A DNA stretch of 64,000 nt from Diadema antillarum (lineage: Eukaryota). The DNA is taken from NCBI RefSeq assembly GCF_040938485.1, contig NW_027272286.1, forward strand, positions 496,001-560,000, in the 5' to 3' direction. The notes below the pieces were generated by a model, which saw nothing but the letters and a program-made list of their open reading frames with translations, searched no databases and was not told the origin of the DNA. The translations under genes and the position numbers were made by a program. This document shows, piece after piece, positions 33,365 through 48,444 of the stretch. The first letter of the stretch is position 1; each line of letters begins with the position of its first letter.

Positions 33365-36300
33365 CTCTTTTTTCGCCGGTAGAGGGCAAACGAGAATCTT
33401 CAGCCAAGGACGAGGTGGCGGGAGAATTTGTGTACTCTGGCATGCAAAAAAAAGGGCAATGGTGCTTATCAGCTAAGTGTTTTCCAAGTTTAAAGAGAAG
33501 GACAATGGAACTCGTGGAACATTCTGGAATATGCATTGATGTGACATTGATTGAGTGGAGACAGAAGCAACATCTCTATCGGGTGCCGAGTGGATGTGGG
33601 CACTGTCCCAAAGCTGCAAATGTGGGTTGCGAGAGGGCACTTCTCAAACTTTGTGAGTTGCTTATCAGGGAAGCGGCACCCCTGGTGTCGACGGCAACCA
33701 GTCGTGGTTGGGAACGTGTACATTGACATAGTATCAGTAAGACGAAGCCTTGAGTAAATGAATACTTTGTGACAGGATGGAACAACGTGAGCAGTTGAAG
33801 TGATCTTCAAGATTCCAGACTCTTTTTTTTTTTTTTTCGAGGGGGATTTAGTCTGCCAAATTTCATAAGGTTGATCTCCACCGTCACTTTGTTGCTTGAT
33901 GAATTGATATTCAATTACTTATTCTGTGTGAAGAATAAATTGACAATATTGTCATGAAGGGTTTTTTTTTTTTTAGTGATCAATCCATACAACAAAGACC
34001 AACATTAATCTTCAAGCGTGCCAGTTCAAGATGTCGAGATGCGGTGTAATAAAAATCTTTGGCATTGAGAGGTCAGAGGTATCTAGCACCTCTGCCATAT
34101 GGGGAGTACTTTTGGGAGCGCAAATAGAAGGTGCAGCCTTCAATTGGCAAGAGGTTTTGTTTTTTCTTTCTTTTTTTTGTCTGAATTACAGACACAGTCA
34201 GTACATAACATTGGTGATGCTTGCCCAAGAAACGGTGATAGATGGTCCTACCCCGTGTAGTGTGAGAAATGAATGCAGTATTTCAAAAATAAGAGGCAAT
34301 TAATTCACAAGGGTGCAGTTACAACGTAGGGAATAATCTATTTTTTCAAATTATCCTTTAAATAATTGGAAAGGCAATAGATTTTCTCTCATTCCTCATC
34401 ACAGGATTTGTTTCAAATTAGCAGTATTGTTCTGCAGTAAGTATACATACAGTAAAGCATAGCTCCTGCCTAGTTTAACTTACATATCCTTAACCTGCCG
34501 GTATTCATTTCCTGTAAAAAAAAAAATTGAAGCAGATTCAATTTTCCCAGCAAAAGAGCTACAAAAGAGAAGGAATAAAGAGCAGAGGTAGAACTCAGAA
34601 TTTCACATTTCATTATATGCCACTGCTACTTTGTCCATACCTTTACCCTACCGGTATTAATTTTCTTTAGAAAATTCGGAAGCAAATTCAAGTTAGCCTC
34701 AAAAGAGCTACAGGAAAGAAGGAGCAAAGAGGTAGAAAATAGAATTTCAAATTTCGTTTTGCTACTGCAATAAGACCCTCAGTAAGGGATACACGTAGTA
34801 GGCAGTTGTATGCAGGATTAGGTGCAAATCTTCCAGTAATTGAGCAGGAGAGTGATTAAGTCACAAAAACAGTGTACTGCATTTGATGTACATGACGTTC
34901 ACTCAACATTAGCTCAGACACTTTGCAATCTTAATACTAAGTAGCACCTCTATCAATACTGTGACTACCACTGTACAGTAGTCGTAGAGGAATGACACCA
35001 ATTTATTTACTAATTTATCTTTTACTTATGATTATTTTCATCAAGCTTTTTTTTAAAACAAGCCAGCAGCCACACTCTACAGTGCAGGTTGTTTAGCTTC
35101 ACTAAGTTGACAACAGCACTATGTTTATTTGTTTTTGTTTGTTTGTTGTTTTTGTTTTTTTTCTCTGCCACTTAACATATACATAACATTAGGCTTCCAA
35201 TACTGTCCCCCCACTGGTATTGTGCATAAGCCTACCAAAGCTTTCTTGCAGCGCATTTCTTCCGTAGGTGGGGGGAGAGACATTTCTGAACGATATGTAT
35301 GAGAAGAGTGTTCTTGCGCAATCATCATTTGAGCGTGCTTCTGGAGATCCAACGCTGGCTTCTACACTTACGTAGTCACCATGTACAGGTATAGTAGATG
35401 GAAGTGATGACTTACGAAAAGGACACCCGATATACCAAAGTCTACAGGAGTGCAAAGAGTTAAAAGGAAGCTTTTGTTTTTTTCCTTCAGGACCAAAGTA
35501 ATGGTTGTACATTTGAACTTGATACGAATGTGTCTTGTACGAAAACGTGTCGCTGTCAAAACGTGTGGTCTGCTTGATTTCCGCTGGTCTGGAAATTTGT
35601 TCGCGGCAGCTCGTCACGAGGAGAAAGTGTGTGTAGAACTCGTGTATACTCAAAACAGTCTCGTGCTTTATCGTTTCTGAGCATTTCTATGGGGTTGCTT
35701 GTAAGTCAGTACTGGGAATCGTATTGCTGTTCCGTGCAGTTTTGCAGGGACACAGGTTGGTGGTAGATATTGTGCGTAAATTAAGTGATTGTGAAATTGT
35801 GCGAGTGTCTGCTTACTATTACAACCCATTGTTGGTGAGGTTATAAGCAGCACTGTGCGGCAAGACACCTTCTTTGGTACAACACTAGTGACAGTCAGCA
35901 CATGTGCACCTGTCTGTTATATCTCATCAGAAGAAATTTTAGTGTGGAAAATGGTCCAATTTTCTTCTTTCTCTGTAAGAATAAGAGTCCCAGGGTAGGT
36001 TACAACAGTCAAGGGCAGACCAAATGCCTTTAAGAGTCATAAATTTCCCTCCCTCTTCTAGTATTCCAAATTCTCAACGACAAATATGTCTAGTGACCGT
36101 ACATTAAGGGCAAAGGGGAAAGTTTGTATGAAGGTATCCTTAAAGCAACTCTTTTTTTACTGTAAAATTGAGGCCACCTTATAAGAATTCTAAACAAGAA
36201 TTTGCAACGATGCAGGATCACTTTAATATTTGATTCTTCCAGTGCAGGTATGGTTTAGAAGGTAGGTCAAGGGTGGTATTTTCCCACTTTAATTCTAAAC

Positions 36301-38322
36301 ACAAAATGTACTGATGTAGGCATAAATAGGGACCAGATGGGTATGCAACTGAGCAGTTTAAAGGTTAAAGGAGGAACTACATCATTCAAAGGATAGGTCG
36401 AGAATAGTAGTGAGTCCCATGCAGAGAAGTAGATTGGGGGAAAAGAAAGAATTGTAACCAAAAGACACAATAAGGGAAAACCAAGTGTTGATCTGACAAT
36501 GCAGTTTTGCAGTCAATTATAGTTTTCCATCACAACCCTTTCAGCATCACAGAGAATGGTACCACCCACTGAAATTTTACAGCATTATTATGGCTTGTCG
36601 GCGTTACACAAGTACATTATGGAATAAATGAATGAATGAATAGACAAAATGTTTGCCTCAAGGTGCAGGCAAATGAGCCTGAACTGTTTTCAAAGGTGAC
36701 TTTGCCTAGATGCTTCTTGTGATGATAAAGATATTCCAATTGCTTAATGCAAGGATTTTTAGATCAAAGAAAAAATGGTGTACACGATCACAAAGATAGA
36801 AGTTGCTGAGGGTAATTGTGACTGAAAATTCACATCTCTTTGTCTCTGTGACAGTCACTCTAAAGATGAGTTATAAGTGTAAAGGTAACCACCGGTTGGT
36901 TCGTGCTGCTTTTTTTTAATTCCTCTCTCTCTTCTGAATCTATGATGACAAGTGACTTTTGGTGTGACGATATTGATCCCAATTCATCCAAAGTTTGTGT
37001 ATACAGCACAGACTATATTCCATATTTATCTGTCAGCAGTGATCAAAAGACACCAGTGGACATTTTGATTTTCACCTTTTTTTTTTTTCGAAAGTGTGCT
37101 AGAAAATTGAGTAAGAAAAGGATAGATCGCAAGGTTAATACAATTCTGGAAATTAAAAAAATAAGGACATATTGATAAGGACTACAGCTGTGTTGACTGA
37201 AGGCAAAGAGACTAAGGGGAAGAAACTAGTGGAGTTGAAGATTAAAATGTCGGAGCGGTAAGACCTGAAATATTTAAACGAAATGATGGTTCACCTGTGA
37301 ATTCCTCGTATCTTGTAAAGCCTAGTTGTCAGTACATATTTTTGTCCGTACTTTCCATGATGTATCTGTGTAAAAGGGCACAAAACGTGGAGACTACTGC
37401 TGAAGTCTTTGAAATACAGCTGTACTTAACTTATACAACCCAGTATTTAGTATCTATCGAGTAGATCAGTAGGATGTTTTGTATTATCGTGTCATTGAGG
37501 ATGATGTTCTGTACATATTTAGACAGGGAAATCAGATTCCCAAGTGTATATTTAGAGTATGTCATGTGACCTGTCTGTTATGCTTGGTATTCAAAATCGC
37601 ATGCTTTTTCTGAATGCAATTGTATACAGCAAATCGATAATTCATACAATATGCTTCTTTCTTTCTTTCTTTTTGATTTCTTTGAATATTGCTTCCTTGA
37701 AAAGATGCCCACTCTGTATTCCCTTTTTCAAAGCTCTCTAGTGATCATGGAGGATAATTTAGCATGACCTTGTTAAAATCTGTAGAATCCTAACAGTACT
37801 GGGCTGTATGCAGGACAGAGCAATATACATGTTGAAGTGCTAGTGTCGATCCAGGCTTTTGTCAACCTCTTCCTTGTTATACTGTCATAATGTGTGAGAG
37901 GGAGGCCAAAAAAAAAAAAAATCACTGTGACAACACTTTATTCAAATGACTTTGAGAAGATGCTCTTGTCGTACAGTTAAGTCAGAAAGTTCCATGAATA
38001 ATCCAATCAGAACTATACTGTGCTATACCGCTGGAGTAACAAAATACCTTTTGTAGGTGTGTGTTTGTGTGTGTGTGTAGAATATGCTAGTACTGGCACC
38101 TGCATTGACAACTTAAGAATCTTTTCTCAACAAGAGTAGAGTTCGCAGGTGAGACACCCACATTCCGTAGACTCTAGCCAGGGTGTGTTTGACCCACCCG
38201 TCTTTGTGATCAGTAATTTCCCATGGTTTCAATACTTAACATGCCAACTTCATACAGGTGATGGGGTAAACACAATACGTAAACAGTTTGACAAAATATC
38301 CCAGGGCTTTTTTTTTTTTCAA

Positions 38323-38407
38323 CCCATTGAAGACTAGTCCCGAGTATACTCGGGCAGGTGTCTTTTGGGAATGTGCGTTGTAGCAAAATCAGCTTGTCCT
38401 TAACGGG
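38323..38407 (+). mobile_element. piggyBac-type MITE (copy 6)
   Basis: tcaa|cccattgaagac ... gtccttaacggg|ttaa. Confidence 0.75.
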
Positions 38408-41400
38408 TTAAGGTGTTTGCTCAACTGTAACTATGACATCAAAGATTGTAAGCAAAGCATTCACATACAGTACACACACACACTCACACATGCACATGAT
38501 ACAAATATCGCTGATGGGGCGACGAAACCTCATATCTCAAAAATATCAAAATTTCTTGGAGAGCAGAAAAAAAAAGCAGCTAAAGCACTATAACAAATGG
38601 GATCACCTTTCCTTTAACATGCAGTGGTGGCTTTACTATGAGGGCAAGACAATTAGTAGGATTTGAACAGGACATCATCTAAAGTGATTATCTTACAATG
38701 AACTCGAACAAGTGATTTTCAACAAAATTTGAGATGTGAGGTTTTGTCACCCCAGCGATTATATGATAATTTCAGTACAAAAGGTAGAGTGCAGTTTAGA
38801 TTTGCTTATAGTTGACGTATCACGCAGTGTCCAATGATTAGAAAGTATAGAGTAATTATTCCATAAAAACCTGCCATGGTTTGACAACGCTCAGTGCCAA
38901 ATCTCAAGAGCTGGCAAAATTTGTCTGCCGTTGACTCTTACCAGTGTGTTTTGAATGCTTAGCATGAGCAAACGGTCACATCCGGTAGTTGTGCAAGTCT
39001 ACTACATGTAGTTACTTTTTTCTGTGCGTTTATAAAGTAGCAATTCGAGGTTGATGTCGATGTAGACATGACGTTGTATGCCAACTTGTGACAACTAAAT
39101 TTTGTATTGAAAGTGATGCAGCTCTTGGCGTCTTTTAACAGTTGACACTCAGTGGGTATGATGACAAATGACATGCAAACAATAGTATATACATTTGTAT
39201 GTATAATGTATATATAGATATTCTTTCTTCAACTTGCAACCAAGCTGGAGTGATTTTATTTTACAAATCATGACTCTGTGATTGATATGTACTATTAAGC
39301 CATTATGAGATTTGTGACATGCAGGCACAGTGGCCGTTGCTATAATAGTATTCCTGTCAATTTTCTATTTATTGTCGTTACTGTTTTTTAGTCAAACCCT
39401 GTTGCCATTCCCGCTTCAATTCCGTTCAAAATGCAATATTATTCCTGATAGTGTCTTGCCATAGTATTCATTATTAAGTTCTGTATGTATTTTGTGTAGT
39501 ACAGTAGGCACCAGGCGTTAGTACCTACACGTAGTCTATCTGAAATGCCAAATTGATCCTAACGGACATGTCAGGTTTTTATATATATTTTTTTTTTTTA
39601 GTGCAACCTACATTGTAGCTAGGCAGTGGGTGTTGCATGATTTGTGCCCAGGAATGAGATGTTCCCGATAATATCCCGTGTGCGTTGTTGCCAAATCGAA
39701 GCGACCGAAACAGGTTTAATGCTCTCGCGAGACGATGTCAAGGACTTTGAGCCGCCGAGACTCGTATAGAATTTCTACGCAACTCCGGGCGTTATTTTCC
39801 CACTGGGCCAGTCAGTTGTTCTCAACAGCGATCTGCGTGTCACACCGCGCTCACTCACGTTCCTTTGTTAGTTTGCTTGCAATGGGACAAATGCTGCAAT
39901 CTTCCCAACACAAAATATTTGCTGTGGGGAATCAAAATGGATGTATCCCTAGATCCTTTTGGTTCCAGAGTGCAAATGACACCCTGAATAGCATCTGTTA
40001 TGCAGATTATCATTTGATATGCATATATGCAGACTGAATATGAGAAATACTTGTATCAAGTGGTATACATGTATTTGTATGTAGCAGGGGTAAAAAAAAA
40101 AGAAGAAGAAAGAATGCAGTTAAATCCTTGTCATACCAAGCAAATGTACTATGAGTGCATTTTTAAATAGTTTTTACATATATAGTCACTGTACAATGTG
40201 TTTGTCATTTTGTTAAGTTTTGGAGATTATGATATGTTGTAATATGTTTGTTTTTGTTTTTTTAAGTGCCCCGAGTAAAGATACATAATTATATGAATGT
40301 GTTTTTGCATTTTTGCTACTACCTTTAGGTGCTTCAGCAATTATCCTTTTTACTACCATACAGTGTATGTACTGATTAACAATATCAAATCGCTGATGGC
40401 TTGTTTTCAGCAGGTTCAGAATTTTTTTGTAGATGAGGCTATCTATTTATATGACGTAATGATATTTGACAGAGTGTGTACAATATTCATAAGTCATACA
40501 TGTATTTTTGTGTGTAGATAACTTATCGCACCTTACTTCCCCCCCTCTCTCTTTCCTCATCCCCTCATCCCCCCCCCCCTTCGCCTCTTCAGTTGTTCCT
40601 TTCACAGTACTAGAAAGCTTTATTGAATGTCTTTGTTTTTGCTAGACTAGAGTTAGTCTCTCCGTGTCTTCTCTGTCACAGAATACAATACTTATTTTTG
40701 GTACATGTAGACGTGTTTTTGTGTGCTTGTGTGTTATCGTGGTATTTGACTTATGTCTGGACTGTTCTGTCGTGTATTTGTGTACTACAACCACCGAGCT
40801 TTAAACCATTTTCTTACCCCCTCCCCTTTCCCTGTTCATTGTCTTTGTTTGTTCATTTCATTTCTTCTTCTTTTTTTATCCTGTGCCCCCAAATATGTGG
40901 ATAATTCTTTGATGGCAGTTTCATATTTATAGCTGAAATATTCAATTATCCAAAATGGAAAGCACCAAAACAAAAAAACAAAACAGCAAGTCAGGAAGCA
41001 ATTTTCCTGGCGTCTCTTTTGTGGCCAGATGTGCTCCAAAAGTTTTTGGCCATTAGCACATAGCATGGACGATGATGATGTCAGCAAGGGGCGTATAGAG
41101 TCTGAGCGAGAGCAACTGTGACACCCAAGGCGTGGCAACTGAATCTCTCTTGCGCGTGTTGATGTTTATGCGGTGCAATCATGCGAGTCAAGCCGCTAAA
41201 CCCAAACGTTGGCGTGCTCTTGTGTGCATTCATTTCTTTGCAGTTGACTTTCTTTCTGGGTTTTGTTTTGTTTTGTTTTGTTTTGTTGTGTCTTCTTTTG
41301 CAGTGGTTCAGGTGTGTTTGGTATCAGGGGTTTACCAAATTCTAAAACCCACACCCCAATACCCCAAAGCCTCTAGACCCCTTCCCCCTCTCCAGAATAT

Positions 41401-44400
41401 TCTAAGCAGAACTGAAGACAACAGAGGCTTCTGCGTGCTGACTGATGTGGTGGTATTGAAATGCTTTTAAGTCATTTTTTAGTCTCAGTGCATGTGTGTA
41501 TGGGATTGGCGCTGTTTGTTTGGTTAGATCAAGAACAACAACAAAAAGTGAAATTTTATTAGCTACGTTATGTGGTTACGTGCTTGCAGCTGCTACCGTT
41601 ACATCCCATACACATGGAAATTGTGCATATGATGGAATCTGCCTGAACCCCACTGTCCTCCTTACAGATCAGCTTGGGACGGAGAAGAATCGACAATATC
41701 CTTTCGTTTATTTCAACCTTCATGTGTGATTACATGAACACCCCCCCCCCTCCCCCCCCCCCCACACAAAAATATGTGTTATCTTGTGTCGTGTTCCTCT
41801 CAAAGCATTTTCAGTAGAGAGATTAACATCCTTCTTGCTTTGATGGTCCATCCTAGTACCCAACGTGAAGATCAGTATTATTGTTCTCTGTACTTTTTAT
41901 GTTGTATAGTGTTTCTAACTACTACATACATACTCAGGAAGAATTCATTTCAGTGTAGCCGTTTGATTTTTTGTGGCTCTTACACAATGTTGCTTTGTTG
42001 TTACTGCAAAGGGGGTTAGGGTGGTAATAGTTGTATGGTTTCACTTTCCAAGACTTTTGTGTAGTCGTTGCTTTTGTATTTTGTACATGATATTTTGTCA
42101 GTTCTTACTGTGTTTTGTATTTAATATACATATGTTGTTTTTTTCAGTTACAGACAGTCCTTTGCTTATGGCATAATGTGACTGAGCTGATCATCTTTTT
42201 AACAGTTTCTGGCCATCTTGGATGGAACAAGAAGCATTTTGGATCCCCACCCCCAGTACTACATGTGGCCACAGTTTTTCTAACAATTTAGGAAAACTGG
42301 TGTCGGGGAAACTGGGTTTATTGTACATTTGTGGTGCTCTCTCTTGCACAAAAACTCTCATTCTAAACGTAAGAGAGCCTTGATTTTAAGACATGAGTTA
42401 GGCACATACATAGAAGCCAAGCAGAAATTTGTTCCACACATGGGAAATTTGACCAACCACTCTCTCCCATCAAAATTCAAAACAGCTTTTGGCAGATAAT
42501 CCAATCCCTCCATTCTATAAAAGAAGGGGAAGGTCTTTTGCAATGCAGGGGAGGGCATGGTGTGTGCAACACCAAAAGGGGGCATAACAGCTCCTTTGTT
42601 GGGACCAGGGTTTGTACACAAGCACACCACAATCCGCAAATGTTCCATCTCCCCCCCCCCCCCCCCCCCCATACCCTATGCAAGGGACTATACAACTTGA
42701 CGTAGTGTAAGGGGAGACCCGTCACAAAACAAAGCAATAACAAATTTTCGGTAGGTGTATGGTTAAACTTAAAGAGACCATTTACCCTGAATACCCCCAA
42801 AACTAGCATATCATCTACCAAGCTGACTCTCCGCTTTTGACCACCAGCTTAATATCTGATTCACATCAATGAAAACTGTTACTTTAATCCAATGCATGTG
42901 GGCAAACTATCTCAAGATTTACCTCATGAGGTGATAGTGTGTGTGGGAATGGATGGTGGGGAAGAACAGACTATCAAATTTTGATTACAAATTTCATTCT
43001 GTAGAAATTATCCATGTATCATGAGGTATGTCAATCTATTTTTAAATAATTGATGATCTTTATGAGAGGTTGATGTGTCCTCATTTATTCGTACACTTTC
43101 TCTTGGAATTTTTGGGGTCAACATAAACAAGATCGGATATTCTTATTGACCTCATCATTCAGACGATTTTGACCATGTCGAGTGCATTGATCAGTGTGAT
43201 TGGAAATGCACTATAGGCCTACAAAAGACTGTCTTTTTTGAGATTCGTAGTATGTTTAATGTCACACCTTTAGAAATATTTCATATGCAACCTTGATTAC
43301 TATTGTTGAAAAATATATTCAGTATATATATTCTAAAGTGTAAGGGCCATTCATTGCATTGAAACCTTTCCATTTGGGGGAGATTGCTTGATCCTTTTGC
43401 AAGTTTCTTGTAAAGACTGTTTTATGTGGAATAGGAAAATTCATGCAAAATTATGAAATTGTGCTGGAATTCACTCAAACTAAAAAGTACCTATGTACAA
43501 ACGTACGTGGGTATGAGGGAATGGCATACAGTTTGTATTGTATTTCTGTAAAGACAACTGCCAACAACTCTGAAAGTTAACATTATTTTGGTCTGGAGGA
43601 TGAATGAGATTTCTCACACCTATGATACAATGTCTTTTTTCATTAGTTGAATGAAGTTTCACAATACTTTAACTTGTAATTTCTCTCAAATCAATCAGGC
43701 TTTGGATCAGTCTCCCCTTCCCCCCCCCCCCCCCCCCTTTTATTTCGTAGGTGGTTTGTTCATCTGTGAATATTGAAGTATATTTATATTATCATCTCTT
43801 TTCATTGCCAGAAGTGTTATTGTACCCCTGAAGTCAGTGCAAGATTTTTGCACATGAACTAAAAAGGCTCTTAGCCAAGCTGACTAACATATGTATCGTA
43901 AAAAGAAGTGAGATTCTTGCCAAAATACTCAAAAGTGTAATGCTTTCATCTTGCCCACCTTGTGCTCTTATTTCCCATGCATCTACGTCCGTCGTGTACT
44001 TTCCTCTCTTTTTTATTAGATACTTTACAAAACACAACTCTTGCAAAGTTTTAATTTGAAACAGCCAGCGGTGTACACTGCCTAATTACAACTTTAGATA
44101 ACGTAGACATAGATGTTCTCTTTTCCATGCCATTTATTCTAACGTCATCTCGTGTTTTGGGGTGGTTTATTTTTCCATGCCACTGATATAGAGCCCTGCC
44201 GATGAATCTTAATTGTTATGAAGTGTTAAATTTGTCAGATATATAAGTGTACTGTTTTTTGTTTTTTGTTTTGTTTTGTTTTGTTTTTTGTCTGGGATTT
44301 TTTTCTTTGTGTGTGTGTTTTTTGTTTGTTTTTGTTTTGTTTTTTGCGTGTGTTGTCTTGCACAGGTCCTGGTGCTCTGCTGGACTGAAGAATTATTTTG

Positions 44401-44972
44401 ATTTATTTTGGACCAAATGCCTTTTGTTTTTCCTCGCGATGATTTGAATGTGTAAAGAAACATGGCAAACTGTGCTCTGTACTAGCTGGCTTGCTTTGTT
44501 AGTGGCCTGTGTCGATATTCCGTTTCAAAGTGAGCTACCTGCATGTTAGTGTCATTTCGTGTACAGATTTCATGAGATTGTTGCTCCCTGTACATAAAGT
44601 AACTTTGTTATCTGACTCTGAAAGAAAGAAAAATGTATATGAAAACTCAATGGACGAAATGTTGTATTTTTTTTTTTTGTCTTGCCAATTTGGTACTGTA
44701 TCTTGTCTGTGTATTTATTGTGCAAAGTATAATTTGCTACAACTATGTCTTATTGTATTCACCCTTTTAACTTATTTGATGTTCCTTCTTCCTCCTACTG
44801 CTCTTAATTTTCACCCCCTTCCTCTTGAACTTTCATGGTGTGGCGAATTTGGCTATAAAGAAATCATGCAGAGAGGAATCAAAGATTGAGCTGGCTACAG
44901 TGGAATTATTTTTAAATTATGAATTACGTGATTGTTTGTATTTATCATTTCTACCAGTGTTGAAGAAAATGG

Positions 44973-44978
44973 AATAAA
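44973..44978 (+). promoter_or_regulatory. Candidate distal poly(A) signal for POU6
   Basis: AATAAA followed ~25 nt later by a GT/T-rich tract, at the end of the T-rich UTR-like block. Confidence 0.4.
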
Positions 44979-45354
44979 AACTAAAAATGAATGACAGAAC
45001 TTTGTTGCATGTGGTCTGATTTTGTGTACCGGTAGATGCGAGATGATACGGTGTTGTTTGGCAGTCATTTTGTCAGGGATCAGCCATCCTCCTGTGCGTG
45101 TTTATAAATGTAAGACAAGCCATGAATGCAAAATGCATTAGGGAAAGAGAATTTGTATTTTGATACTCCAGAGCACTGAAAAAAGAAACAACCAAGTCAT
45201 GGGTTTATCCAATTTGAAAATCAAGTCTCAAGAGACCACAACATGTGGTTTGGTGCTGTATCTGTATACAGGGAATCCTCCTATTACAAGCTCGCTTATG
45301 AGGTACTGTACCGCTTTGAACGAGGTGAATTGTGAAGTCCCAATTTTCCATTAA

Positions 45355-45933
45355 AGAGGAAGTCCACCCCAAAAATAGATAAACTCTAGAAGAAAGAAGA
45401 AAAATATATACAGAACATTCCAAAAATGACCAAAATTGGATAAAAAATAAGGAAGATATGACATGTTGAACTTTCACATTTTTTCAGAAAACATTGCTTG
45501 ACCAGTCCTTACGAATATTCAAATGAGTGAGTCAGGCGATGATGTCATGCCCTCACAATTTTTCGTGGATGTTTATATGTGTAAGAAGTTCGGAAAAATT
45601 GTCATATTTTTCAGAGGTAAAAGCATATTCCCATAGCGAAATATATCGGAGTTAACATTTATTCTTCTTTATTTTGGGCGGCAAGTTTTACATTTGTCAT
45701 TTCTATACATGAAATGAAGAAGAAATTGTAAGAGCATAACATCATCATCTTGCTGATTTGAATATTCATAACGAGTGGTCAAGAAGTGTTTTCTGAATAA
45801 ATTTCTCTGGAAATTTCAAAAGTCATTTCTTCCTTATTTCTTGTCAGATTTTGATCATTTTTGTACTGTTCTGCAGGGACTTTTTTTTCCTCTTATGAAA
45901 TTGATAAAAACTTTGAGTGGATTTTTTTTTTCT
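45355..45933. mobile_element. Kolobok-type MITE with long imperfect TIRs
   Basis: ttaa|ag ... ct|ttaa; inner IR ttgaccagtccttacgaatattcaaat / atttgaatattcataacgagtggtcaa. Confidence 0.65.
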
Positions 45934-46286
45934 TTAATATACATGTAGGTACTGTTACATTGTAATGCATACTAGGTATGGATCATAATGAGGTAAACTT
46001 GGCAATCCCTGCATGATGACCTCATTGTAAGAGGGTTCCTTGATTGTGTTTGTGTGTGTGTGTGTGTGTGCCCATGCTCTTGTGTAGAATGTGTGTATAT
46101 CTGTTTTGTTAGATAGATGGCAGATGATAATCATTATTTTATATTAAAAAAAAAGAAATTACTGTTGAAACAAAAGCGAGAGAGAAGGGAGAATGGCTCA
46201 CAGGAGATACACATGTGTACTAGTAATACAAACTACAGCATAGGAGAATTTCTAGTCTTTGCGAATATGTATCATAAATCTTATGT

Positions 46287-46324
<38 letters not shown>

Positions 46325-48279
46325 TCTCGTAAACAGCTTCAATCTAGTGTTTCACTCCAGGCAACCAGGGATACATTTCACATAGCACATACGCCCGTTT
46401 GTTGAAATGTATTTCAAACAAATAAAAAACCGCCCTCTCAAGGCCCTAGGGGTACAGTACCTGAGGGGTACAGCTGTACAATGTACATAAGAATGCACCT
46501 GCATCTTTACCCATTCAAATGGGGAAATTTGCACATTTTCACACATATCCTCAATTGTTGGATAATTATCTATACAATACATGAAGCCTGATTTTTTACT
46601 TACTAAAGTATTTTTTCTCTCATCTTTTTGTTTCGTTGTAATGATTATTGTGTATATAAAATGTATTATCTTGTATGTTGATTGTACCACTACAATTGTA
46701 CATGTTTTTCTGCATATCATACGGACTTCCTGAAAAACAGCCTAACAGCTGAGTGCAAGTATTTTAACCTGTGTTTAAATAAGTATTAATTTCTATGCTT
46801 TTCAATTTCAATTACTGGTCGTTGATTTATTGGAAAAGAAAAAAAAAAGATTTTTTATTTTCCAGAAACAAATAATGGAAAATGCCCGGTTGCCCTGAGC
46901 AAACTACAACTTGTATCATATCCCCAGTTAAAGCATCTTATAAGAATGTGCGCACATACGCATACATAATTTATTATATACACACACATGCGCACAGTCA
47001 CACTCTTCTTCTTATTCCAGAAGCATCTGTCCAGGATCAAACCAATGCTGTTGGTTTGGCCATACATTAGCTGCATTCACACACAGGAATGAATTATCAG
47101 CGTTTGCATCGCGATGTGAAAAATCAATTGTTTGCCACTTTTCATACACAGCAAAAGATACAAAAGGTCCTCAGGTCACAATCGGATTCAGGTGCTTTAA
47201 ATCTCCAGACTACTCATGTTAAAACAATATGACTGGAGCATTACCTGGGCACCCAAGTGTGCGGACCTAGTGTGGTAAGTTGCATTATTTGATTTTAAAG
47301 ATAAAGAATAAAAAAAAAATCTGCATGCTTTTCATGCATTGTCATGCAATTCAAATTATCATGAGTTAAAAAAAAAAAAATCAACCTGAACTTATTTTCA
47401 CATAGCAATCAAATGCGTAAAAAATATTTGAAGAATTAACCATGTTTTGGTGTCCACGCACAAGAATTAAGATTTCGCATTGCATTGCAACAATCAATCA
47501 TTATTTTTTGAATTGTAAATTTCTAGTGTGTGTGTGAGTGGGAAAACTGGGACACATTAAATTTGTACAAAAAAACAGGAGTGTTACAAAGTAGTCATTC
47601 TTTTTTTTTTTCAGCATGCACTATTCCTTCAGGTATCATACACTGTTTTATTGATTCATTCTTGCCATTTGCAATCATGAGGTAATGTTTACCATAATCT
47701 GATTCTTTCTCTGTCTTGTTAAATAAACCTAGCTATGATATATACATTTGTACATTCCTGTGTGGCAGGTCTTACACTGTACACTGTACACAAGCTTTGA
47801 TACATTGTAAAACTTTGACATACGATTCTGTGCATTCATTACCTACACAAAACATTCATTTTTGGACATATATGAACATGTGGAAAGTGATATGAACAAT
47901 GTACACTAGCAGTTGGTAACACAGACAGACAATGAAATTGTCAGCTACAACATGTATTGCAAGTTGGAGAGAAAATACCTTGTACAAAGTACCTCAACCT
48001 ACATAAAAGGCCTCAGAAGTGAAGTGGATCTCAGAATAAAATAAGAAAGGACAAAATTCACTTTGTTGCCCTTCACCAGGCACACACTGTAAATACATGT
48101 ACAACATTACTCTTAAAAATCAAAGACCACACAGTCTACACAGACTACAATAAAATTGTGGTCTACACTCATTCTCTGATTATGTATTTTCAAAATATTC
48201 TACATGTACATAACTGCAAACTTACAATCTTTATACAATTACACTTACATCATCAAAGAGAAAGTAAATACAATGTGTA

Positions 48280-48444
48280 CAGTGCACTCCCGTAATAACG
48301 AAATTCTCCATTCAACAAAATAAAAATTCAGGTCCCAAAATTATCTATATCTACACACCATTTGGCGACATCCAAATGTTGATACAACCGTATAATGAAA
48401 GAAAACTGCTGATCCCGAGACTTCATTATAACAGGAGTTGCCTG
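48280..48444 (+). mobile_element. Tigger/pogo-type MITE
   Basis: ta|cagtgcactcccgtaataacgaa ... ttcattataacaggagttgcctg|ta. Confidence 0.65.

Noticed and set aside
35189-35653. 154-aa minus-strand ORF and protein-like plus-strand frames in the putative POU6 3' UTR
   Set aside because: No recognisable motif or splice context. On careful indexing the plus-strand reading is broken by stops and two frame changes.
37510-44596. Pumilio-type TGTAHATA sites (37510, 39207, 44589) as proof of a 3' UTR
   Set aside because: The motif also occurs in introns (e.g. near 25262) and is expected by chance in AT-rich DNA; no enrichment was computed.
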